Shown here: piece by piece, positions 48,135 to 56,952 of the stretch
Position numbering within the stretch: position 1 is the stretch's first letter
How the letters are laid out: each line of letters starts with the position of its first letter
Origin: Candidatus Shapirobacteria bacterium
GTDB lineage: Bacteria; Patescibacteriota; Microgenomatia; UBA12405
Reading direction: 5' to 3'
DNA: 64,000 nucleotides
NCBI GenBank assembly: GCA_041661765.1
Contig: JBAZTV010000003.1
Location: 79,914-143,913 of the forward strand
Position numbers and translations under genes: made by a program
The notes under the pieces: model-generated
Told to the model about the DNA's origin: nothing
The model's database searches: none
The model's input: the letters and a program-made list of their open reading frames with translations, nothing else

Positions 48135-49019
48135 ATGACCAACATTTCTAAGGCCGTCATCACCGCCGCTGGCCGAGGCACTCGTTTCCTTCCTGTTGTT
48201 AAATCTTATCAAAAAGAATTAGTTCCAATTCTTGCCAAACCAAATATTCAATATTTAGTTGAAGAAGCTATTGGAGCCGGTATTACTGAAATAGCCATTG
48301 TTCATCGTCCCGGTGAAGATGCTATTAAAGACTACTTCTCTCCAGATCTTGAACTGGAAAAATACTTACAAGAAAACAATAAAATGGAGTATCTTGATAG
48401 TTTAAAAGCTATTAGCGACAAAGTTAATTTTTCCTACTTTGCCCAAAGCCCAGAGTTACCCTACGGCAATGGTTCCCCTATTATCGCTGCCAAAGAATTT
48501 ATTGGCACCGACCCTTTTGTTTATATGTTCGGCGACGACTTAATTGTTGAATCAATTCCTGGACAATATTTAACTAAAATGATTGCCTCGTTCAACAAAT
48601 ACCAAATCGACGCCATCGTTTCTACTCAAGAAATGCCCACCATTGAAATGAAACGCTACGGAGCTGTTGTTCCCCATTCCAACCCTTCTATTCCTCATCA
48701 AATTAGTGCTCTACTTGAAAAAACCGATCCACCTCCATCTAATTTCGCCGTTGTTGGTCGATATGTCATCTCTAATAAAATTATGGATGTAATTAAAAAT
48801 CAAAATACTTCCAAAGACAATGAACTTTGGTTGGCTGATGGTTTAAATACTTTAACTCAAACAGGCATTGTAGCCGATGAACCAATAACCAATGGCGTTT
48901 GGATGACCACTGGCGATCCTCTTCGATGGCTTCAAGCCAACATTGCTGTTGCCCTTCAAGACCCAAAATTCAAAGATGATTTAAGAGAATTTTTAAAAAA
49001 TTTAAATGTCAATAAATAA
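48135..49019 (+). CDS. galU: UTP-glucose-1-phosphate uridylyltransferase-like, copy 1
   Basis: KAVITAAGRGTRFLPVVK..KELVP; start at MTNISK because the longer ORF overlaps tRNAs. Confidence 0.82.
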   Translation: MTNISKAVITAAGRGTRFLPVVKSYQKELVPILAKPNIQYLVEEAIGAGITEIAIVHRPGEDAIKDYFSPDLELEKYLQENNKMEYLDSLKAISDKVNFSYFAQSPELPYGNGSPIIAAKEFIGTDPFVYMFGDDLIVESIPGQYLTKMIASFNKYQIDAIVSTQEMPTIEMKRYGAVVPHSNPSIPHQISALLEKTDPPPSNFAVVGRYVISNKIMDVIKNQNTSKDNELWLADGLNTLTQTGIVADEPITNGVWMTTGDPLRWLQANIAVALQDPKFKDDLREFLKNLNVNK

Positions 49020-49887
49020 AGCCGTTATTGCCGCTGCTGGTCGAGGTACTCGTTTTTTACCCGTAGCAAAGGCTTATGCAAAAGAATTAGTTCCCGTTCT
49101 TGCCAAACCAAATATTCAATATTTAGTTGAAGAAGCCATTGGCGCTGGTATCACCAACATTGCCATTGTTATTCGTGTTGGCGAAACTACAATTAAAAAT
49201 TATTTTTCCCCCGACAAAAACTTAGAAAAATATTTAATCGAAAATAATAAAATCGAATATCTAGACAGTCTTAAAAATATTTGGAAAAAAGCTAAATTAA
49301 CTTTCATCGAACAACCATTAGGTTTACCCTATGGCACCGGCTCTCCTGTTTTAGCCGCCAAAAAATTCATTGGTAACGACGATTTTGCCTATTTCTACGG
49401 CGACGATTTTATTTTAGAAACCACTCCAGGTCAACTACTTTCCAAAATGATTTCCAAATTTTACCAATATCAAGCCTCTGCTATTTTAGCTGTTCAAAAA
49501 GTCCCCATGGAAGAAATTTATCGTTATGGCAGTATTAAATACATCAACGATCCCAATTATCCTAATCGCATGTCCGAAATTCTCGAAAAACTTCCAGCCG
49601 ACCAAGCCCCATCCAACTCAGTTAATATCGGCCGCTTTATTGCTTCAAATAAAATTTTGAAAAATATAGATATCAATAAACTCTCCAGAGACAACGAATT
49701 ATGGTTCACTGACGCCCTTACCAAACTCGCTCAATCCAATATTGTTCTGACCCAATCCACTCAAGACTCACTCTGGTTAACTACTGGTGACCCTCTCCGC
49801 TGGCTCAAAGCCAATATTTCAACTGCTCTCCAAGACCCAACACTAAAAGACGACCTATCCTCCTTTCTAAAAACTCTTTCGGTTTAA
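49006..49887 (+). CDS. galU: UTP-glucose-1-phosphate uridylyltransferase-like, copy 2
   Basis: KAVIAAAGRGTRFLPVAKAYAKE; tandem paralog. Confidence 0.82.
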   Translation: MSINKAVIAAAGRGTRFLPVAKAYAKELVPVLAKPNIQYLVEEAIGAGITNIAIVIRVGETTIKNYFSPDKNLEKYLIENNKIEYLDSLKNIWKKAKLTFIEQPLGLPYGTGSPVLAAKKFIGNDDFAYFYGDDFILETTPGQLLSKMISKFYQYQASAILAVQKVPMEEIYRYGSIKYINDPNYPNRMSEILEKLPADQAPSNSVNIGRFIASNKILKNIDINKLSRDNELWFTDALTKLAQSNIVLTQSTQDSLWLTTGDPLRWLKANISTALQDPTLKDDLSSFLKTLSV

Positions 49888-50016
49888 AACCAGAGGGATT
49901 TCTACACACCCGATAAGTATTTTTATATAAGCCAAAGATCCCTATAGTTAATTTATTACTGCTATCTAAATCAAATAAATCCCTTATTTGTGCCTAATTT
50001 TAAAACAACTTACTAC

Positions 50017-50045
50017 TTGACATAGACCTATAATAACAATATAAT
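50017..50045 (+). promoter_or_regulatory. consensus sigma70 promoter
   Basis: TTGACA-17 nt-TATAAT. Confidence 0.85.
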
Positions 50046-50069
50046 ACATACAGGATTAATAAAATAATT

Positions 50070-50084
50070 CGTACTTTTATAATC
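50070..50084 (+). promoter_or_regulatory. boxA-like motif 1
   Basis: CGTACTTTTATAATC; resembles 50366 and 51315 motifs. Confidence 0.45.
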
Positions 50085-50099
50085 AACCCTAAATTGTTC

Positions 50100-50226
50100 A
50101 AAGGAGAGATTTGGAGTGTGGCTCCTCTAGAGTTTCGCACCCCGTTTCTCCTTTGAACAATTAAATTTAAAGGAGAGATTTGGAGTGTGGCTCCTCTAGG
50201 GTTTCGCACCCCGTTTCTCCTTTGAA
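50100..50226 (+). repeat. tandem repeat, 2 x 58 nt, period 69
   Basis: AAAGGAGAGATTTGGAGTGTGGCTCCTCTAG(A/G)GTTTCGCACCCCGTTTCTCCTTTGAA at 50100 and 50169. Confidence 0.95.
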
Positions 50227-50234
50227 TTTAAAAC

Positions 50235-50263
50235 AAAAAAGCCGCAACTAGCGGCTTTTTTTT
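50235..50263 (+). terminator. intrinsic terminator
   Basis: AAAAAAGCCGC-AACTA-GCGGCTTTTTTTT. Confidence 0.88.
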
Positions 50264-50277
50264 ATGTATATTTTAGT

Positions 50278-50306
50278 TTGACGATATCTTATAAGAGTGA
50301 TATAGT
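50278..50306 (+). promoter_or_regulatory. sigma70 promoter
   Basis: TTGACG-17 nt-TATAGT. Confidence 0.65.
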
Positions 50307-50365
50307 ATGCCTAAGTTGACACAGCTTATAACTTTTGACATTGCGTCAAATCTCTATAATTGTAT

Positions 50366-50380
50366 CGTTCTTTAACAATC
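50366..50380 (+). promoter_or_regulatory. boxA-like motif 2
   Basis: CGTTCTTTAACAATC versus rrn boxA TGCTCTTTAACA; preceded by TTTGAC/GTCAAA hairpin. Confidence 0.55.
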
Positions 50381-50455
50381 CTGAAGAATTAATAAAATAA
50401 TAAGAGACTTATCTCTTTTTATATATATAAAAATAATAAGAAAGGATGAATTAAG

Positions 50456-51145
50456 GTGAAAAAAAAATTATTATCTCTCTTAATTGTATGTTTAATATGT
50501 TTGTTCCCATCCACAGTATTAGCATGTTACGGACATGACGAAGGAGGTTACTTAGGCCAATATTCCACTTACAATGGAATTGTCCGTGCTAATAGTAACC
50601 ACCAGCCCAATGGGCTGTACTATCAACCAACCAATTTCCAATGGTTAGCATTCAGTAGGTCCAACATGGTCTATGATTACAACAACCAAGCAATTGGGTA
50701 TGTGTTGTATGAAAAAAAGTACGCACAATTCGACAATAAATTATTTGACACCGGTGAAACCAGAACTAATGGGTTCACTTGGAATTCAAACTTCAGCTAC
50801 AGTAATATTGCTAATTCGAACAACTACTACCACCTAAATTATTATTATCCACCTCCATGTCCAAATTACCCTAATATCCCTCAAAATTACTATCCATTAG
50901 GAAATATTAGTACTCAATACTCTGGGGAATTTGTCGCACCAACAGATGGAGCCGTATCAGGCGACTGCACACTCAACGGCATACAACTTTACGATAATAA
51001 TGAAAATACTTTTCTTGTTTTCTCAGTTCACCAAGGTGACACAGTTTATGCCCCATTCGGTAATATTTGGTTCACAAACCAATTATCTCTTCAGGATGTA
51101 AAAAATAAAGTCCAACAAAATAGCCCTTATAGGACTAGCCAATGA
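50456..51145 (+). CDS. exported Asn/Tyr-rich protein
   Basis: Signal peptide, SD AAAGGA; C-terminal domain resembles the 51488 protein. Confidence 0.75.
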   Translation: MKKKLLSLLIVCLICLFPSTVLACYGHDEGGYLGQYSTYNGIVRANSNHQPNGLYYQPTNFQWLAFSRSNMVYDYNNQAIGYVLYEKKYAQFDNKLFDTGETRTNGFTWNSNFSYSNIANSNNYYHLNYYYPPPCPNYPNIPQNYYPLGNISTQYSGEFVAPTDGAVSGDCTLNGIQLYDNNENTFLVFSVHQGDTVYAPFGNIWFTNQLSLQDVKNKVQQNSPYRTSQ

Positions 51146-51149
51146 ATTT

Positions 51150-51190
51150 AAGACCGGTAGGTTTGTACAAACAAACTTCCCGGTCTTTTT
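51150..51190 (+). terminator. long-stem intrinsic terminator
   Basis: AAGACCGGTAGGTTTGT-ACAA-ACAAACTTCCCGGTCTTTTT. Confidence 0.75.
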
Positions 51191-51209
51191 ATTTTTATAT
51201 CCTATAAAC

Positions 51210-51238
51210 TTGACAAATTTAACTTATAATGCTAAAAT
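51210..51238 (+). promoter_or_regulatory. sigma70 promoter
   Basis: TTGACA-17 nt-TAAAAT. Confidence 0.8.
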
Positions 51239-51314
51239 TCCAGCATAATAATCATCTCGATTATTAACAAGCGTCTAGTGAAAGCAGGCATTCGCGCTTA
51301 CTTCCCCTCTACGC

Positions 51315-51329
51315 AGTTCTTTTAAAATC
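51315..51329 (+). promoter_or_regulatory. boxA-like motif 3
   Basis: AGTTCTTTTAAAATC. Confidence 0.55.
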
Positions 51330-51487
51330 CGTAAGATTTTTTAACTAAATTATTCTCAATATAATATATACCATCTTGGGTTCAAAATTTTGAATCTAAA
51401 ACGGTATATATTATATGCCAAATTAATTTCTTTATTATGGCCTAAAGCCATTTATATAAAAAAACAAATTTGAAAGGGGTAATTTAA

Positions 51488-52252
51488 ATGTTATTTAAAA
51501 CTTTAACAGCTGCTATTATTGGAATCGTCTTGTCGGTAATTGGATTGATTTTTAGTATCATCCTTCTTCCCGTTTTTATGGGAAGCTGGGCCATCATTTG
51601 TGTGATCGGCTTAGCCATTGTAATCCTTGGAGCAATCATTTCAATTGTTTCTCTCCGATTTACGACTAGACCATGGGTAACAACAGCCGCCACTGCCATT
51701 GGGATCACCGGAATCACATTGTTTGTTGCAACTTTTTTAATTTGGGGAAGTATCATGCTCGCCCAATCATTCACAACCCAACAAACAGGATCTGTTTCCA
51801 AAACCTCTATTGAAGCAATAGCTCCAACACCAGTTTCTTCTACTCCTGTCATCACAACACATGAAGGTCTAGACCAACCCTCAAAAAGTTGGTTTTTAGC
51901 CAAATCGGGAACTTTGATCTCTGGCGATGTAGCTATTTTTGATAACGACAACAACAGCAAAAAAACACCTGTTTATGACTCAAAAGAAGGTACTGCGGAT
52001 GTTATTTACCTCACCTCAGACACCTACATTTGGACCGAGTGGGGGTGCTATACCATTGAAAATGCCAACGCTCAAGACGTTACCACTCTTATCAACGATA
52101 AATTGACAAATGGTAATTTCACCAGCATTAGGTTCTTTAATGGATATAGTAAATTGGGGAATAATAATCCAACTGCTATAAGCAATAAAGTTGATGCTTC
52201 CAGTATCACCTTAGCCACTGTAACAGCCACCTCAACAGAAACTAAAAAATAA
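51488..52252 (+). CDS. three-TM membrane protein with extracellular domain
   Basis: Three hydrophobic segments, Thr/Ser linker, SD GAAAGGGG. Confidence 0.75.
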   Translation: MLFKTLTAAIIGIVLSVIGLIFSIILLPVFMGSWAIICVIGLAIVILGAIISIVSLRFTTRPWVTTAATAIGITGITLFVATFLIWGSIMLAQSFTTQQTGSVSKTSIEAIAPTPVSSTPVITTHEGLDQPSKSWFLAKSGTLISGDVAIFDNDNNSKKTPVYDSKEGTADVIYLTSDTYIWTEWGCYTIENANAQDVTTLINDKLTNGNFTSIRFFNGYSKLGNNNPTAISNKVDASSITLATVTATSTETKK

Positions 52253-52268
52253 AATCTTACGGATTAGC

Positions 52269-52332
52269 GGCCGGATATATGCAAACTTTTGTCGCAAGAC
52301 AAATTTTTGAACAACATATACCCGGCCCTTTT
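52269..52332 (+). terminator. long hairpin, putative terminator
   Basis: GGCCGGATATATG..TTTGTC-GCAA-GACAAA..CATATACCCGGCC then T-rich tract. Confidence 0.6.
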
Positions 52333-52366
52333 CCTTTTTAAAAACAATCTTTGCTATTATTACTTA

Positions 52367-55351
52367 GTGTCGAAGCTTAAACAATTCCTATTTCCAGTAT
52401 TATTAATATTACTCACTGGCATCATCTGCTTTCTCAACTACACTCCAAACACCTTTCTCACCGGCTGGGACACTCTCCACCCCGAATTTGATTTCGGTCT
52501 CAATTTCAAAAGATTAATCTTTAGTGTTTGGCATTCCGAACAAGGTCTTGGGGCCATCCCCGGCCATGCTCAAATGGCCGACATCCCCCGAGTTATAATT
52601 CTTTATCTTTTCCATTTTTTTCTACCATTAAATTTCCTTCGCTACAGCTATATTTTTCTTTGTTTTATTCTTGGACCACTTGGTATTTATTTTCTTATCA
52701 AGAATATTTTTCAAAAAAACCAACATCGAAATCTAATCGCTTTTATTTCTTCTCTTTTTTATATTTTCAACCTCTCCACCGTCCAGCAATTTTATGTTCC
52801 TTTTGAAATGTTCCCCACCCAATGGGCTTTTCTTCCCTGGATAATTTTATTTTCCCTTAAATATATTCAAAACAAAAAACAAAAAAATCTCATTTTATTT
52901 TGCATTTTTACTATTCTTGCTACTCCTCAAGCCTATGCTGCCCAACTTTGGTACGCCTTTTTTGCTATTTATTCAGCCTTTCTTTTTATTTATTCTTTTC
53001 TTCAAAAAAATTTCAAACCAGCCATTAAACTTTTTATTTTTACCCTTCTTTTAAACGCATTTTGGCTCATCCCTAATATTTTTTATATTACCACTTCCAG
53101 TGAAGCTCCCAGAATCAATCATGACAATCGTCTTTATTCCCAAGAATTCCTACTAAAAAATCGTGCCAATGGAGGTTTAAATGATTCAACTATTGTTAAA
53201 GGTTTTTACCTAGACTGGAGCATCTACAATTTTCAAAAAGATAATTTTGAAAATATTATGCCTCAATGGAATCAACATCTAAAAAATCCATTAATTTTAA
53301 TTATCGGTTATTCCCTTTTTATTATCAGTTTTATCGGTCTAATTTTTGCCTTTATTAAAAAAGACAAACTATTTATTTCCCTCTCTCCTTTTTTTATTGT
53401 TCCATTTATTTTATTAAGTAACCAAGTTCCTGTTTTTTCTCAATTCTTCGATTTTCTAATCCAAAATTCGACTATCAAAGAATCTTTTCGTTTTATCTTT
53501 ACAAAACTTTCCATTATTTTTATTTTTGGTTTTATTCTATTTTTCTCTTACTCCATCAGTTTGTTTTTTCAAAAAATAAAAACTCTTAAATTTATTAATC
53601 TCTATTCTATTTTAATTTCTATAATTTTAGTAATTTACGGATTTCCTGTTTTTCAAGGCTATTTAATCTCTCCAAAAGTCCGAGTCAATATTCCAAATGA
53701 ATATTTTCAAATGTGGCAATTTATGAAAACCCAAGACAATGGTCGAATTTTAAGTTTGCCATTAAACCAATCATCTGGCTGGCAATACTACAATTGGGGG
53801 TATCAAGGATCTGGATTTTTATGGTTTAATTTAAAACAAGATCTCCTCGATCGTGATTCCGACCGTTGGAACGATAAAAACGAACAGTCATACAAAGAAT
53901 TTTTTAACGCTCTCTACGGTCAAAAACCCGATTCTTTTTCCAACACTCTCAATAAATACCAAATTAAATACATCATATGGGATCAAAATATGACCTATTA
54001 TTCAGAAAAAAACAGTGACCAGATTACTTTTAAAAATGAAATTGCCAATCTTTTTGTTCAATTAGAAAATCAAAATTTAATTAAAAAGATAAATCAATTT
54101 GGTTCAGTTTACATTTATGAAACCAACAATTATTCACTTGAAGCTCAAAATAAAACCATTAGCAATTTCATTAGTCCTCAATATCAATGGGGGTATATCG
54201 ATGTTGCCAATCAATCAGATTATATAACCAATAACAGTTCTAATAGTATTTATTATCCTTTCCGAGACCTTCTCGACCAAAATCAAAAGATTGATATTAA
54301 TAAAATTAATATCAATCAAGTGTCTGACAATCTATGGCAAATAAATCTAAAAACTAACAATAATGAAACTTTTTTTATTCCTTCCCCTGCTTCGACTGAA
54401 ACAATAATTTCTGCCGGTGCCTATCTTATTAAAAGAGATAACCAATTAACTCTAAAATTTCAGTTTCCAATTTCGCAAGAACTTTCTAATTCTATTCAAA
54501 CCGAATTTGATCTACCCAAGGATATTTCTCAAATCAACTTCAATGACACCATCTTTCCAATAAATCCAATTCTTCTTTCTGACTCCAAATATCTTGGTAT
54601 TGTCAATATTTTTACCAATTCCAACAATTTTTTAAACAACAAAATTATTAATTTCAATTTTAATCAGCAAAATACTAACGCTGTAAAAAAAATTTCTTTT
54701 ATTGCAAATAGTTTTAACTTCACCGAAAACCATGATTTCGAACAAATCAATAATAGTAAAAATTATACCCTCGAATTAAATAAAATTCCTCATGCCTATG
54801 GATATATCATTGGTATTAAAAATAAATTTTTTTCTGGTATTCCTCTTCGTGTTTGTCTTCGAAATAATTATTCTTTTATCTGCTCTGTCGAAGATGAACT
54901 AAATAAAAACAAAGATTATTCTTGGGATTATTTTTTGATTCCTCCCACTGACAATGATTTTGGTTATCAGCTTAGTATCACTAATTATTCTTTCGGTGGA
55001 CTAACTTCCAAATCATCAATTAATCAAATCGCTATTATTCCAATCCCTTTTAATCTTTTAAGTCAAATAAAATCAGAAGATAAAAATGTCAATCAACCTA
55101 GTGATAATTTTTTAATTTTAAATCAGTCATATAGTAAATTTTGGATTGCTTTTTATTGGAAAAACGGCCATCCAATTATTTTAAAAGACCATATTCTTGC
55201 CAACAATTGGGCCAACGCCTGGGAGGTTCCTTTAAATTTTAATTCTAAAGTTTATTATATTTTTTGGCCACAAATCTTTGAATTTCTCGGATTTGGTTTA
55301 ACTATTTTCATCCTAGTCTGGTCTTGTAAAAAATCAAAAAAACAACTTTAG
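52367..55351 (+). CDS. large polytopic membrane protein (GT-C/YfhO-like glycosyltransferase)
   Basis: GWDTLHPE, many TMs, LNQSYSKFW and ANNWANAW C-terminal motifs; GTG start chosen past the upstream hairpin. Confidence 0.7.
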   Translation: MSKLKQFLFPVLLILLTGIICFLNYTPNTFLTGWDTLHPEFDFGLNFKRLIFSVWHSEQGLGAIPGHAQMADIPRVIILYLFHFFLPLNFLRYSYIFLCFILGPLGIYFLIKNIFQKNQHRNLIAFISSLFYIFNLSTVQQFYVPFEMFPTQWAFLPWIILFSLKYIQNKKQKNLILFCIFTILATPQAYAAQLWYAFFAIYSAFLFIYSFLQKNFKPAIKLFIFTLLLNAFWLIPNIFYITTSSEAPRINHDNRLYSQEFLLKNRANGGLNDSTIVKGFYLDWSIYNFQKDNFENIMPQWNQHLKNPLILIIGYSLFIISFIGLIFAFIKKDKLFISLSPFFIVPFILLSNQVPVFSQFFDFLIQNSTIKESFRFIFTKLSIIFIFGFILFFSYSISLFFQKIKTLKFINLYSILISIILVIYGFPVFQGYLISPKVRVNIPNEYFQMWQFMKTQDNGRILSLPLNQSSGWQYYNWGYQGSGFLWFNLKQDLLDRDSDRWNDKNEQSYKEFFNALYGQKPDSFSNTLNKYQIKYIIWDQNMTYYSEKNSDQITFKNEIANLFVQLENQNLIKKINQFGSVYIYETNNYSLEAQNKTISNFISPQYQWGYIDVANQSDYITNNSSNSIYYPFRDLLDQNQKIDINKININQVSDNLWQINLKTNNNETFFIPSPASTETIISAGAYLIKRDNQLTLKFQFPISQELSNSIQTEFDLPKDISQINFNDTIFPINPILLSDSKYLGIVNIFTNSNNFLNNKIINFNFNQQNTNAVKKISFIANSFNFTENHDFEQINNSKNYTLELNKIPHAYGYIIGIKNKFFSGIPLRVCLRNNYSFICSVEDELNKNKDYSWDYFLIPPTDNDFGYQLSITNYSFGGLTSKSSINQIAIIPIPFNLLSQIKSEDKNVNQPSDNFLILNQSYSKFWIAFYWKNGHPIILKDHILANNWANAWEVPLNFNSKVYYIFWPQIFEFLGFGLTIFILVWSCKKSKKQL

Positions 55352-55376
55352 CTACTTTTGTTATAATTAATCAATT

Positions 55377-55628
55377 ATGAATAATTTAAATTTTTTAGCA
55401 GGCCCACAATTTTATATTCCTTTTTTAATCTGGATCATTTTCTGGAAAGGTTTTGCTCTGTGGAAATCTGCCGGTAAAAAACAACTTATATGGTTTGTTC
55501 TTTTATTGATTTTAAACACTGGTGGTCTTTTCGAAATCGCCTATATTTTCTTCTTTAACAAGTGGGACCTCGACAACGGCAAAACCCTCAAATTTTTAGA
55601 GAAAAAGTTTAAAGAAATCAAAAAATAG
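55377..55628 (+). CDS. DUF5652-like membrane protein
   Basis: WKGFALWKSA..WFVLLLILNTGG.FEI.Y. Confidence 0.8.
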   Translation: MNNLNFLAGPQFYIPFLIWIIFWKGFALWKSAGKKQLIWFVLLLILNTGGLFEIAYIFFFNKWDLDNGKTLKFLEKKFKEIKK

Positions 55629-55641
55629 TTTTATTTTTATT

Positions 55642-55674
55642 GTAAGGGTCAGGCATGCCTGACCCTTTTTTTTT
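55642..55674 (+). terminator. REP-like hairpin acting as terminator
   Basis: GTAAGGGTCAGGCATGCCTGACCCTTTTTTTTT. Confidence 0.7.
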
Positions 55675-55683
55675 GTTTAATCA

Positions 55684-55712
55684 GTAGAGACGTGCCGCCG
55701 GCGCGTCTCTAC
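55684..55712. repeat. GTAG-type REP-like palindrome
   Basis: GTAGAGACGTGCC-GCC-GGCGCGTCTCTAC. Confidence 0.85.
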
Positions 55713-55728
55713 ATTAAAAAAATCAATT

Positions 55729-56886
55729 TTAAATCCCTTTTATTATCCCGGCCATCTTATTACCCAACTCCTCAAATTCTTTCTCTTTCCATCCTCGAGT
55801 TGTCATTGCTGGTGTCCCAATTCTAATTCCCGACGGTCTAAATGGACTACCTTTTTCATGTGGCACCGTATTAGCATTAACCACAATTCCCTCCTCTTCT
55901 AATTTCACTGCAACTTCTTTTCCTTTTTCCAAACCAACTTCCACTACCATCAAATGATTATCTGTTCCAAAAACTTTAATTCCATTTCTTCTCAAAGTTT
56001 CGGCCAATACTTTGGCATTTTTAATTATTTGACTAGCGTAATCTCTAAATTCTTGAGTATCTACTTCCCCAAAAGCCACCGCCAAAGCCGCAATCTGGTT
56101 TTCATGCGGACCACCTTGCATTCCCGGAAACACTGCCTTGTCAATTTTTTTAGCCAAATCTGGATCTTTTTCTAAACCTTTTTTAGTTACTCCAATTATT
56201 GCACCACGTGGACCCCTTAAGCTTTTATGAGTCGTTGAAGTCACTATATGAACATATTCATTCGGACTTGGGTGAACACCTCCCACCACTAAACCTACAA
56301 TGTGAGAAATATCAGCCACCAACCAAGCACCAACACTGTCAGCAATTTCTCCAAATCTTTTAAAATCCAAAATATATGGATAAGCTGTTGTTCCCGCCAT
56401 AATCATTTTCGGCTTTTCTTCTAAAACTAATTTTTGCAATTTATCATAATCAATTCGACCATCTTCCTCCACATCGTATTGCACACTCTCAAAAAATTTT
56501 CCCGAAAAAGAAACTTTTGGATGACCATGAGTTAAATGACCACCAGCTGAAAGTTTCAACCCACAAATTTTATCATCTCTCTCTAAAAGTGCCATTTGAA
56601 CCGCACTGTTAGCCGGACTTCCAGAATATGGTTGTACATTTAGATGCTCAACTTTTAAAACCTTCTTTCCTCTTTCAATAGCCAAATTTTCAATTTGATC
56701 CACAAATTCATTTCCTTGATAATATCTCTTTCCAGGATAACCTTCAGCGTATTTATTCGTCAAACAGCTCCCCAAAGCCATTCTTACCTCATCTGAAACA
56801 AAATTTTCGCTTGGAATTAAATGTATTAAATTTTGTTGCCTTTCTTCTTCTTTTTTAATTAAATCTCTAATTTGTTTATCTATCAT
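55729..56886 (-). CDS. glyA: serine hydroxymethyltransferase
   Basis: LIPSENF, NKYAEGYPG, STTHKSLRGPRG, GIRIGTPA. Confidence 0.97.
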   Translation of the reverse strand: MIDKQIRDLIKKEEERQQNLIHLIPSENFVSDEVRMALGSCLTNKYAEGYPGKRYYQGNEFVDQIENLAIERGKKVLKVEHLNVQPYSGSPANSAVQMALLERDDKICGLKLSAGGHLTHGHPKVSFSGKFFESVQYDVEEDGRIDYDKLQKLVLEEKPKMIMAGTTAYPYILDFKRFGEIADSVGAWLVADISHIVGLVVGGVHPSPNEYVHIVTSTTHKSLRGPRGAIIGVTKKGLEKDPDLAKKIDKAVFPGMQGGPHENQIAALAVAFGEVDTQEFRDYASQIIKNAKVLAETLRRNGIKVFGTDNHLMVVEVGLEKGKEVAVKLEEEGIVVNANTVPHEKGSPFRPSGIRIGTPAMTTRGWKEKEFEELGNKMAGIIKGI

Positions 56887-56952
56887 AAAATAATTCAAAA
56901 AACTAATAATTCAAAAACAGTTTAAAAAAATTATTTATATCATAAGTTTATT

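Larger units (their letters stand above)
50052..50263 (+). ncRNA. putative novel twin-hairpin ncRNA
   Basis: Between consensus promoter and terminator; two 58-nt copies (1 mismatch), each closed by a 17-18 bp stem. Confidence 0.65.

Noticed and set aside
50000-50209. 69-aa minus-strand ORF with repeated RGATLQISPLN
   Set aside because: By-product of the repeat; promoter, terminator and G-U pairs point to the + strand
50100-50226. CRISPR array
   Set aside because: Only two 58-nt copies separated by 11 nt that form part of the stems; no spacers and no cas operon
50017-51145. Type III toxin-antitoxin (repeats, terminator, toxin)
   Set aside because: The downstream gene has its own promoter and a signal peptide and shows no ToxN/CptN/TenpN-like features
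51484-51960. 158-aa antisense ORF, and other short nested ORFs in the track (e.g. 2917, 4973, 25255, 41518, 62200)
   Set aside because: Lie within confidently assigned genes and show no motifs or initiation signals
51150-52332. Integron attC sites
   Set aside because: Hairpins lack RYYYAAC/GTTRRRY ends and no integron integrase is present; they fit terminators
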